NCBI GenBank assembly: GCA_043804695.1
Contig: JAZDIV010000134.1
Location: 1-43,403, forward strand
Reading direction: 5' to 3'
DNA length: 43,403 nt
Origin: PVC group bacterium
GTDB lineage: Bacteria > Auribacterota > Erginobacteria > Erginobacterales > Erginobacteraceae
Shown piece by piece: positions 20,341 through 28,653 of the stretch; positions within the stretch are counted from its first letter, which is position 1; each line of letters opens with the position of its first letter. Under the pieces are notes generated by a model. It searched no databases, had not been told where the DNA came from, and was given only the letters and a program-made list of their open reading frames with translations. The translations under genes and the position numbers were made by a program.

Positions 20341-20907
20341 CTACTTTCGTTTGCGCTCGATGGCCATGATCTTGTTGACCCGGGGCCAGTGCCGTCCGCC
20401 GGCGAACTCGACGGTCAGCCAGAGGCTGACGATCTCCGCCGCCAGGGAGGGATTGAGTGTCTTCCCGCCCAGGGTCAGGACATTGGCGTCGTTGTGCTCG
20501 CGGCTGCTGCGGGCAGTGGTCAGGTCATAACACATGGCCGCCCTGATCCCCCGGACCTTGTTGGCCGCCATCGCCGAAGCCATCCCGAGGCTGTCGATCA
20601 TGATCCCCCGGTCGCAGTCCCCGGAAGCGACCGCCCGGGCGACTTGCTCCGCGAAATCGGGGTAATCCACGGCGGCGGCGCTGTCCGTCCCCATGTCCTT
20701 CACGGTGTACCCTTTTGCCTCCAGGAACCGGACCAGCTCCTCTTTCAGGGGGAATCCCCCGTGATCGGCCCCGATGGCGATCCTCTTCACCGACCCTTTC
20801 TTTTCAGTGACAGTGCTCATGGGAACCTCGTTGGCGGGCCCCTTCACGATCGGGGACGCCTCTTTCATCACCTCGTCGACAATTTTTTCCAGCCGGCTCT
20901 GATCCAT
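20341..20907 (-). CDS. rpiB: Ribose-5-phosphate isomerase B family protein with N-terminal encapsulation peptide
   Basis: GADHGG, VDYPD, AANKVRGIRAA, REHNDANVL, FAGGRH; N-terminal helix LEKIVDEVMKE. Confidence 0.9.
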   Translation of the reverse strand: MDQSRLEKIVDEVMKEASPIVKGPANEVPMSTVTEKKGSVKRIAIGADHGGFPLKEELVRFLEAKGYTVKDMGTDSAAAVDYPDFAEQVARAVASGDCDRGIMIDSLGMASAMAANKVRGIRAAMCYDLTTARSSREHNDANVLTLGGKTLNPSLAAEIVSLWLTVEFAGGRHWPRVNKIMAIERKRK

Positions 20908-20955
20908 CTCTTTATATCCGTTAGGCTATTCTCCTATTTCCACGGGAGTTTTGTT

Positions 20956-20985
20956 ATTATGGGCCAGGCGAAACTCCAGCGTCAA
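20956..20985 (-). promoter_or_regulatory. Putative sigma70 promoter for rpiB-deoC
   Basis: TTGACG-N18-CATAAT. Confidence 0.45.
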
Positions 20986-21155
20986 CATCTTTATTTATAA
21001 ATTAGCTCCCTTCGGTCGCTAATTTATGTCTATCGCATTTTATTGCAGCGAAAATAGATTGATAATGGATAGAGAATCAGTTTAGCTCCAACAGATCACA
21101 CTATAATCCGATTTATTTATAAATCGGATTAGTTTTGAAGCATAATAACGATAGT

Positions 21156-21198
21156 CCGGGATTATTCATGAAAAGTAAAATTCCATGAATAATCCGGG
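21156..21198. repeat. Palindromic element CCGGG-TTATTCATGAAAA...CATGAATAATCCGGG, copy 1
   Basis: Near-identical copy at 28599-28649. Confidence 0.75.
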
Positions 21199-21266
21199 AT
21201 AATGCTATATTGTATGCAGTGCTCATGAACAAGCAGGGGGAAAGATTCTTTTTCCCGGCAAAAAGT

Positions 21267-22697
21267 ATGTACACCAGGATAGACAACGCCATTATCCGCC
21301 GCCTGGGTGATATCGTGGGGCCGGAAAACCTGCTGACCGACCCGGAGCGGATGGAGGATTACGCCCATGACGAGAACCCCAACCTTCGTGCCGATCCCGG
21401 GGCGGTAGTCAAACCGACCACCGAGGAGGAGATCGCCCGCCTGGTCACGCTCGCCAACCGCGAGGGGTTCCCCGTGGTCGCCCGGGGCGGGGGCACCGGG
21501 GTCACCGGAGGGGCGCTGCCCCTGCACGGCGGCGCCGTCATCAGTCTGGAGCGGATGAACCGGGTCCTGGACATCGACGAGGAGAACATGATGGCGATCG
21601 TCCAGCCGGGGATCGTCACCGGGGATTTTCACCAGGCGGTGGAAGCGCGGGGGGTCTTTTATCCTCCCGACCCGGCCAGTCTCGAGAACTGCTCCCTGGG
21701 GGGAAACCTGGCGGAAGATGCCGGTGGGCCGCGGGCGGTGAAGTACGGGGTGACCCGCGATTACATCAGCGGCATCCGGGCGGTGCTCCCCACCGGCGAG
21801 ATCATCAATTACGGCGGCAAGCTGGCCAAGAACGCGACCGGCTACAATCTTCTCCATCTCCTGATCGGGTCCGAGGGGACGCTGGGGATCATCACCGAGA
21901 TCACCGCCCGGCTCCTGGTCAGGCCGGTCTTCCGAGTCGACCTCCTGGTCCCCTTCCCTTCCTGCCAGGCGGCCGTTCACTGCGTGTCCGCCGTGATCCG
22001 CCGCCACCTCACCCCCACCGCCATCGAGTTCATGGACCGCAAATGCCTGGAGATCAGCCGGCAGGTACTGGAAGAGGGAATCACCGCGGCCGACGCCGAA
22101 GCCCATCTCCTGATCGAGGTGGACGGGATGGAGGAGAACGAAGTGGAGCGCCGATACGAGGCGATCGGAGAGTTATGCCTGGAGGCGGGGGCGGATGACG
22201 TGATCGTGGCCGACTCGAAAAAGAACCAGGACAAAATCTGGAACACCAGAAGGAAGCTCCGGGACTCGCTCCGGGCGGTCAGCCCGATCATCTCCGCCCA
22301 GGACGTGGTTGTTCCCCGCAGGGAGATCTCCGCGCTGATGGCCGGAACGGAAATAATCGGCCGCCGGCACAGGCTGGAGATCGTCTCTTTCGGCCACGCC
22401 GGAGACGGCAACATTCATGTCAACTTCCTAAAAAGGGACATGGATGACAGGCAGTGGTCCGACGTCCTGAGAAAGGCGACCGGCGAGGTGTTCGCCCTGG
22501 CGGTGGAGCTGGGCGGGACCATCTCCGGCGAGCATGGGATCGGCCTCAGTAAACGGGACTATCTCCCGCTCGCGCTCATGCCCGCGGCGATCGAGAGCAT
22601 GCGCCGGATCAAGCACGCGCTTGACCCGAATAATATTCTCAACCCCGGTAAAATTTTCCCTCTCTCCCGACAAACCGGGAGAGAGGGAAAATTTTAA
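21267..22697 (+). CDS. FAD-linked oxidase/dehydrogenase (GlcD/LctD glycolate or D-lactate family)
   Basis: RGGGTG, YPPDPAS, GGNLAEDAGG, KYGVTRDY, GSEGTLG, GHAGDGNIH, SGEHGIG, DPNNILNPGK. Confidence 0.9.
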   Translation: MYTRIDNAIIRRLGDIVGPENLLTDPERMEDYAHDENPNLRADPGAVVKPTTEEEIARLVTLANREGFPVVARGGGTGVTGGALPLHGGAVISLERMNRVLDIDEENMMAIVQPGIVTGDFHQAVEARGVFYPPDPASLENCSLGGNLAEDAGGPRAVKYGVTRDYISGIRAVLPTGEIINYGGKLAKNATGYNLLHLLIGSEGTLGIITEITARLLVRPVFRVDLLVPFPSCQAAVHCVSAVIRRHLTPTAIEFMDRKCLEISRQVLEEGITAADAEAHLLIEVDGMEENEVERRYEAIGELCLEAGADDVIVADSKKNQDKIWNTRRKLRDSLRAVSPIISAQDVVVPRREISALMAGTEIIGRRHRLEIVSFGHAGDGNIHVNFLKRDMDDRQWSDVLRKATGEVFALAVELGGTISGEHGIGLSKRDYLPLALMPAAIESMRRIKHALDPNNILNPGKIFPLSRQTGREGKF

Positions 22698-22784
22698 CTG
22701 GTATAAGCTCGATAATCTGATATATAGTAGTCATTATCATTGTTCATCTCAATACAGGTACATTTTTTCGGAGAATATTTTATT

Positions 22785-23084
22785 ATGCAGCTGGCAAGGG
22801 TGGTGGGGACGGTGGTCGCCACCAGGAAGGACGAGAAGATGGAGGGGGTGCCCTTCATGGTCCTCCGCGACCTGAATTTGGAAAACAAACCGACCGGAGG
22901 ATCCATCATCGCCGCCGACCCGATCGGGGTGGACCGGGGGGAAGTCGTGCTCTACTCCAAGGGAAGCTCCGCCCGGCAAACCGAGATGACCCGGGACCGT
23001 CCCAACGACGCGGTGATCTGCGGCGTGGTCGACCAGTGGGAAGTGAACGGGGTGAAGAAATATCACAAGTTTAAAGAAGAATAA
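22785..23084 (+). CDS. BMC pentameric vertex protein (EutN/CcmL), copy 1
   Basis: MQLARVVGTVVATRK, AADPIG, GSSAR, DAVICGVVD. Confidence 0.92.
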   Translation: MQLARVVGTVVATRKDEKMEGVPFMVLRDLNLENKPTGGSIIAADPIGVDRGEVVLYSKGSSARQTEMTRDRPNDAVICGVVDQWEVNGVKKYHKFKEE

Positions 23085-23136
23085 TCCGGCGGTTCACCGC
23101 CGGATCACTAAAATTTTTCGAAGAAAAAATTTTAAA

Positions 23137-23406
23137 ATGAATTTAGGCAAAGTCATCGGCACCGTCGTCAGCACGCAGAAGATGGAGGCGTTCCGGGGGG
23201 TCAAGTTCCTGATCGTCCAGCCCCTGGACGAGAACCTGAAGCCGAACGGCGAACCGGTGGTCGCCTGCGACAGCCAGCAGGCCGGACCGGGTCAGATCGT
23301 GACCTTCATCGGAGGAAGGGAGGCGTCGCTGCCCCTTCCGGATCCGTTCAACCCTTCGGATGCCACCATTACTTCTATTGTTGATGAAGTCACTCTGGGT
23401 CGGTGA
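23137..23406 (+). CDS. BMC pentameric vertex protein (EutN/CcmL), copy 2
   Basis: MNLGKVIGTVVSTQK, VACD, AGPG, DATITSIVD. Confidence 0.92.
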   Translation: MNLGKVIGTVVSTQKMEAFRGVKFLIVQPLDENLKPNGEPVVACDSQQAGPGQIVTFIGGREASLPLPDPFNPSDATITSIVDEVTLGR

Positions 23407-23463
23407 TCAGTGATCGGTAATCAGTAATCGGTACATCCACGCCGGAGCGCTGAACATACTAAC

Positions 23464-23763
23464 GTGAAGATCGGCAAGGTCATCGGGAACGTCGTCGCGA
23501 CGTTGAAACTGGAGCAGTACGAGGGGGAAAAACTGCTCCTGGTCAAGGTCCTCGATCCCGACGGGTCGGAGACCGCCGAGACCCTGGTCGCCTTCGACCG
23601 CTGCCAGGCGGGGAAAGGCGACGTCGTCCTCCTGATCGACGAGGGGAACAGCGCCCGGATGGTCCTGGAGACCGGGCCGACCGGCGTGGTCCGGGCGGTC
23701 TGTGTCGGCTACGTGGACGCGGTCAACACCTATAAATCCGATCCCGCTTCCTACGGCTCGTAG
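23464..23763 (+). CDS. BMC pentameric vertex protein (EutN/CcmL), copy 3
   Basis: KIGKVIGNVVATLK, VAFD, AGKGD, EGNSAR, VGYVD; GTG start. Confidence 0.9.
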   Translation: MKIGKVIGNVVATLKLEQYEGEKLLLVKVLDPDGSETAETLVAFDRCQAGKGDVVLLIDEGNSARMVLETGPTGVVRAVCVGYVDAVNTYKSDPASYGS

Positions 23764-23898
23764 TCCCCTACCCTGCCCCCCTTTTTTTCAGAATCGGACG
23801 GATCAGTCCGATCCGTCGGATCCGACCGATCTTATTATTCACCCGACTCGGAACTATCTGCTCCCCATTGCCTATCGAAGCGGAGACCCCGATCATCA

Positions 23899-24438
23899 TC
23901 AGGGCTCCCCACTCCCTACCTTCAACCACCGTTTGTATTCTTTTCGCACCCGGTTAAAAAACGATACGGCAGCTTCCGTCCGGTAGTCGGCGTAGGTCCA
24001 TTCCCAGGGGTGATAGGTACCGTTCTGGAAGAAATAGGTGGACTGGGCGTAGATGCCGTCTTTGAGATAGACCCGGTAGGTGGCGTCCTTGGTGGTGGCG
24101 AGGACCATCTTGGAGAGGTCGAGGTAGCCGGGGTCGAGGTTCACCGTTCTCGTCCCCTCCTCCGACAGTTCCTGCTCGACCCGATTGGTGGTGAGCTTGA
24201 CCGCCGCCAGGTCGCCGGGAGCGATGAACTCCTTCAGTGAGACATACCGGCGGAGGATGCCCGGACCCATCTCTTTATCGTAGTAATCGGTAAAGTCGAA
24301 GGGGATGACGTCGCTTTCCAGGCCGATCGGGCCGAACCACCTTTTCAGCGCTTCTTTGCCCCGGTCAAGCCGTGTCTGCCCGGCGCCCAGAAGCCCGCAG
24401 ATCATTTTCACCGGTTTGGATGCCTTTACCTCGCCCAT
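23899..24438 (-). CDS. DUF4416 family protein
   Basis: FDFTDYYxKEMG, RTVNLDPGYL, LATTK, WTYADY. Confidence 0.85.
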   Translation of the reverse strand: MGEVKASKPVKMICGLLGAGQTRLDRGKEALKRWFGPIGLESDVIPFDFTDYYDKEMGPGILRRYVSLKEFIAPGDLAAVKLTTNRVEQELSEEGTRTVNLDPGYLDLSKMVLATTKDATYRVYLKDGIYAQSTYFFQNGTYHPWEWTYADYRTEAAVSFFNRVRKEYKRWLKVGSGEP

Positions 24439-24475
24439 TTCGTTACAATCCGGGTGTACCTATTTGTTCCGTCCC

Positions 24476-25510
24476 TTATTGTTTTTGTTTCCCGAATTGC
24501 TCCATGTGAGCCCGGACTTCATTTATAACCGGCAAGTCATCAACTACCTCGGTCTCGACCTCCAGTCCGGCGGCGGCAGTTTTAAATAAGGCAAAGCCGT
24601 TTTCTTTAACAAGTATCTTCCCGGGCAATGAACCGAGCTTTTCAAGCTTTTCCAGGAACGCCTCGATGAATTCATTTATCCATTGCGAATGCGCCGAGAC
24701 GAGATGAAAAAATAAAATCAGACCTGTTTCGTGATCAACGCAAAGCATCATACGGGGAAAATAGGGACGTTCCTGCTTTTCCCTGACCGTCTCCGATGAA
24801 TAAAAATAATCAATCTCCCATATACCCGCCCGGCGAGTAATGGTTTCCCGGATTTTTTCCAGGCTGGAACTATCGAATAATGCATCAACAGGTCCCGGTT
24901 CCGGGGGTGGGACCGGCTCTTTCCATTCGTCTTCCCAGATCAGCCCGTCCGGTCCCAGTCGGGGAACCCGGACCAGGTACCGGCCGGGCTGCGGCGGCGC
25001 CAGGAGCGCCAGATCCTGTTTGAAACGCTCCGTCACGTCGATCGCCTGCGGAATCAGCTGGATAAGATAACGCGTTTCTTCGGGCGTAATGAACCAGGGA
25101 TGATACCCGGGCGTCCAGTCCCGGAACAGCGGCCAGGCATTATCGCCCCGGAACTTCAACCCCAATTGCTTGACTATCTTCCGATCTTTCGGGGCCAGGA
25201 AATCCCGGTCCTCGAATGAGACCATCAGGCATTTTTGATAATGGAGCGCGTCGGATGAATACGCATCCACGTCCCCCGATTGGACCTTCATATATCCTTC
25301 CAACCCCTCGCTCCCCCGGTACACCGCCAGGCCGAAGTGCTCCCCCAACCGTCCCATCACGCAACAATAGCCGACTTCACCGGTCTCCGGGTCCTGGACG
25401 CCGAAGATCTCACTGTCCCACATCCACTCCCATGGTTTCAGTTTCTTCAGTGCAATCGCCACAGCGTATAGTTCTCTCCATTCCTGAAGTGTAATCTGTT
25501 TTTCACTCAT
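24476..25510 (-). CDS. Conserved hypothetical protein
   Basis: LKPWEWM, GYCCVMGxLGEH, WPLFR...PGYHPW, WEID...RPYFP motifs of an uncharacterised family; GAGG SD. Confidence 0.75.
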   Translation of the reverse strand: MSEKQITLQEWRELYAVAIALKKLKPWEWMWDSEIFGVQDPETGEVGYCCVMGRLGEHFGLAVYRGSEGLEGYMKVQSGDVDAYSSDALHYQKCLMVSFEDRDFLAPKDRKIVKQLGLKFRGDNAWPLFRDWTPGYHPWFITPEETRYLIQLIPQAIDVTERFKQDLALLAPPQPGRYLVRVPRLGPDGLIWEDEWKEPVPPPEPGPVDALFDSSSLEKIRETITRRAGIWEIDYFYSSETVREKQERPYFPRMMLCVDHETGLILFFHLVSAHSQWINEFIEAFLEKLEKLGSLPGKILVKENGFALFKTAAAGLEVETEVVDDLPVINEVRAHMEQFGKQKQ

Positions 25511-25562
25511 CTGCACAATTCCTCTTATTGACATTCAGAGGCAGTACGGAAACGCCGCCGCC

Positions 25563-27056
25563 TCACCTGGTCACCGGTGCGTCTCCGAGCGTCCCGTAAT
25601 AGGACCGGGGGCCATCCCGAACCGCCCACCGGCCCGGGCTTTCCCGGAAGACGGCCGGTTCATCCGCCGAATCGCCGTCGTAATCCGCCGGCACCGGCCG
25701 GTCGGATACGTTCCCGAAGTACATCCTGGTCAGGCCGGGCACGGCCCACAGACCGGAAGACGGGCGGAAAACGGCCGGCGTCCATCGGCCCCCGCCGTCG
25801 TAATCGCCCGGGACCGGGGTGTCGCCGGAGGAGCCGAAGTTCATCCGGCTGATCCCCCGCACGGCCCAGAGGCCGGAAGCATCCCGGAAGAAAGCAATGT
25901 CCGTCAACCCGTCCCCGTCGTAGTCGCCGGGGACGGGGAGGTCGCCGGACGCGCCGTGATAAACCCGGGTGACGTCCCTGACCGCCCAGAGGCCGCTCCC
26001 GGGCCGGAAGATGCCGGCATCGCAGCTCCCGTCGCCGTTGTAGTCCCCGGCCACCGGACGGTCGGTCCCGCCGCCGAAGTAGAAGCGGGTCACGTTCCGG
26101 ACCGACCAGAGCCCCGTCTCCCGGCGGAAAACACCGACCCGGCAGGTGCCGTCACCGGTATAGTCACCAGGGACCGGGAGGTCGCCGGATACCCCATAGT
26201 AGAGACGGGTAATCCCCCTCACCGCCCAGAGTCCGGTGCTCCCCCGGAAGACGGCGATGTCGGAGACTCCGTCACCGTTGTAGTCCCCGCCGGCGATCAC
26301 GCCGGGGAGCGAGCAGTAGGTTCCGGTTGAGGCCATGGATTGGATCCTGACGGTCTCATTGCCCCGGATGACGAACTCGCTCAACCCCACGTGGTTATTC
26401 TGGTCTCCCCAGTCATAGGTATAGCCCAGCCTGCTCCAAGGCCAGCCGTTCGTGCTTCCGCCGTCGTAAATGACGGCCTTTCGCTCGTTGAACCAGGTCT
26501 GGTAGCTCCAGTCGATGGTGACATAGGGGGACTTTGGGAAGTCGAGCTCCGCTTCCCGGTCGCTGATCTCCGGGTCCGGGCTGGGCCGGAACATCTGTTC
26601 GGGACGCACCCAGAACTCGATGAAGACGGAGAGGCCCCGGTTGGGGGGCATCCCGAAAAGCTGTTCGAGCCGAAGGGGAAGGTTTTCGTAGGCCGGGGGG
26701 TGCTCCCGCAGCCAGTTTTTCAGCTCGGGGACCGCCGTCACCCAGACCAGGTGGGCCGGATGGACGGTGAAGTCGTCCCCTGGTTTGTAGTGCTGGACGT
26801 ACCAGTCATCTCCCCAGGCAGACATCAGCACCCGTCGGTCCGCGCTCGCCCTGTCCTGCCAGACCAGATCATCGTTGTAGGCGGCGATCGGGATCAGGTC
26901 CCGGGAGATGGCGGAGGGATCTCCTTCCCGCATCGCGTCAACGACCGCGGCGGTGTAGTCGGCCCAGATATCACCCCGGGCGCCGGCGGGGACCAGGATG
27001 CCGGCCACTATCCCCAGCAGGAAAACCTTCCACCCGCCTGAACGGCATCTCTTCAT
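25563..27056 (-). CDS. Secreted protein: uncharacterised N-terminal domain + six FG-GAP/VCBS-like C-terminal repeats
   Basis: AGGAGG SD, signal peptide, LRLEQLFGMPP...PWSRLGYTYDWG domain, six GDYxGDG repeats, ends PVTR. Confidence 0.85.
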   Translation of the reverse strand: MKRCRSGGWKVFLLGIVAGILVPAGARGDIWADYTAAVVDAMREGDPSAISRDLIPIAAYNDDLVWQDRASADRRVLMSAWGDDWYVQHYKPGDDFTVHPAHLVWVTAVPELKNWLREHPPAYENLPLRLEQLFGMPPNRGLSVFIEFWVRPEQMFRPSPDPEISDREAELDFPKSPYVTIDWSYQTWFNERKAVIYDGGSTNGWPWSRLGYTYDWGDQNNHVGLSEFVIRGNETVRIQSMASTGTYCSLPGVIAGGDYNGDGVSDIAVFRGSTGLWAVRGITRLYYGVSGDLPVPGDYTGDGTCRVGVFRRETGLWSVRNVTRFYFGGGTDRPVAGDYNGDGSCDAGIFRPGSGLWAVRDVTRVYHGASGDLPVPGDYDGDGLTDIAFFRDASGLWAVRGISRMNFGSSGDTPVPGDYDGGGRWTPAVFRPSSGLWAVPGLTRMYFGNVSDRPVPADYDGDSADEPAVFRESPGRWAVRDGPRSYYGTLGDAPVTR

Positions 27057-27173
27057 AACAAACCTCCTAACCTGGTGTTATTCTTCCTGTTAACGCTGCC
27101 GGCAGAAGTAGATCTTTGGCTGTAATTCATTGCCAAAGAATTTGATAAAATTAATATCTTTTCGTGTGGCTGT

Positions 27174-28523
27174 TCAGGTCCGGGCCAGGAAGCGGCCGTA
27201 GCCCCCGCCGACCAGGATCCCGGATCCATCCTCGTACACAGTCTTCCCCCGGACGATGGTCCGGGAGATCCGGCCCTGCAATTTCATCCCTTCAAAGGGG
27301 GTGACATGCCCTTTCGAGAGAAATTCCGATCCTCTTACCGTCCAGGCCGCTCCGGGATCGATCAGGACCAGGTCGGCGTCGGTCCCGACCTTGATCGCCC
27401 CTTTTTCGGGGAAGAGACCATAGCGGCGAGCGGCGTTTTCGGAGGTCACCTCCACCAACCGCCGCAGAGACAGCCGTCCTTTCCGGTACCCCTCGGAGAA
27501 TAGATACGGAAGCAGCGTTCCGCTCCCCGGGATCCCGGAGTAATCGGTCCAGATTGAACCCGTCTCCTTCCCCGGGGCCGGGCTGGGAGCGTGGTCGGAG
27601 GCGGCGAAGTCGATCGCCCCCCCGGCCAGGTACTGCCAGAGGATCTCCTTGTTGCCGGATACCTTTACCGGGGGGGTTGTCTTGAGCGGAGATCCTATCC
27701 GGATAAAATCATCAAGGTCGAACTCGAGGTAATGGGGACCGGTCTCGCAGGTGGCGGGGGCGCCGGCGATCATCTCGGCCGCTGTGGCGGTGGAGACGTG
27801 AACGATATGAAGGTCGGCCCCGGTCTCTTCCTGCAGCTCCAATGCAGAACGGACCGCCAGGATCTCCACCACTTCGGGGCGGGATCGGTAATAATAGACC
27901 GGTGTCTTCCCCTCCCCCATGAAGAAGTCGGTGGCGGCGGCGACGTAGCTGAGATCCTCGGCATGAAGGAGGATGGTCGCCCCGAATTCCTTCGCCTGCT
28001 CCAGGACCGCGCGGAACTGGAAATGGTTGAGGGAGTGAAAAAGCTCCATCACCGAGATGAAGTAGGTTTTAAAGCCGAGCACGACCCCGGACAGTTCGCG
28101 AAAATTCCCCGGGTAACCCGAGGCCATCGACTGGGGACAGATACCGCCGAAGAAACCGTAGTCGATGACCGCCTTTTTCTCGACCGCCCGGAGCTTCACC
28201 TCCAGGCTGGCAAGATCCGTCACCGGGGGGATGGAGGTGCAGGGCATGTCGATGACAGTGGTGATCCCACCCGAGGCGGAACAGGAACTGCCGTGATAAA
28301 AATCTTCCCGGTCGGTGAAACCGGGGTCATCGAAGTGGACGTGGGGATCGATCCCGCCCGGGAGAATGATCAAGCCCCGGGCCTCGATCACCTCGCCGCT
28401 GGCGGACAGCCCGGGGCCCAGTTCAGCGATCTTCTCTCCCTCGATCCTGATATCGATGGCGGCGAGGTCATCCCGGCCGGGGAGGGCGACGGCGCCGTTC
28501 CTGATGATCATGACGTCCTCCAA
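27174..28523 (-). CDS. Cyclic amidohydrolase (allantoinase/dihydroorotase family)
   Basis: IDPHVH, GGITTVIDMP, GFK (carbamate Lys), HAE, HIVHVS, ETGPHYL, SDHAP, GxDAD. Confidence 0.85.
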   Translation of the reverse strand: MEDVMIIRNGAVALPGRDDLAAIDIRIEGEKIAELGPGLSASGEVIEARGLIILPGGIDPHVHFDDPGFTDREDFYHGSSCSASGGITTVIDMPCTSIPPVTDLASLEVKLRAVEKKAVIDYGFFGGICPQSMASGYPGNFRELSGVVLGFKTYFISVMELFHSLNHFQFRAVLEQAKEFGATILLHAEDLSYVAAATDFFMGEGKTPVYYYRSRPEVVEILAVRSALELQEETGADLHIVHVSTATAAEMIAGAPATCETGPHYLEFDLDDFIRIGSPLKTTPPVKVSGNKEILWQYLAGGAIDFAASDHAPSPAPGKETGSIWTDYSGIPGSGTLLPYLFSEGYRKGRLSLRRLVEVTSENAARRYGLFPEKGAIKVGTDADLVLIDPGAAWTVRGSEFLSKGHVTPFEGMKLQGRISRTIVRGKTVYEDGSGILVGGGYGRFLART

Positions 28524-28598
28524 TAGGATAAGAAAAAACCAGTCTGCTGTAGCCGCACAACAGAGATGACAATGTTTAAAATGTTGAACGGCGGTTAT

Positions 28599-28649
28599 TA
28601 ACCCGGGTTATTCATGAAAATATAACATTTTCATGAATAATCCGGGTTA
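28599..28649. repeat. Palindromic element, copy 2
   Basis: TAACCCGGGTTATTCATGAAAAT...ATTTTCATGAATAATCCGGGTTA. Confidence 0.75.
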
Positions 28650-28653
28650 CTGA

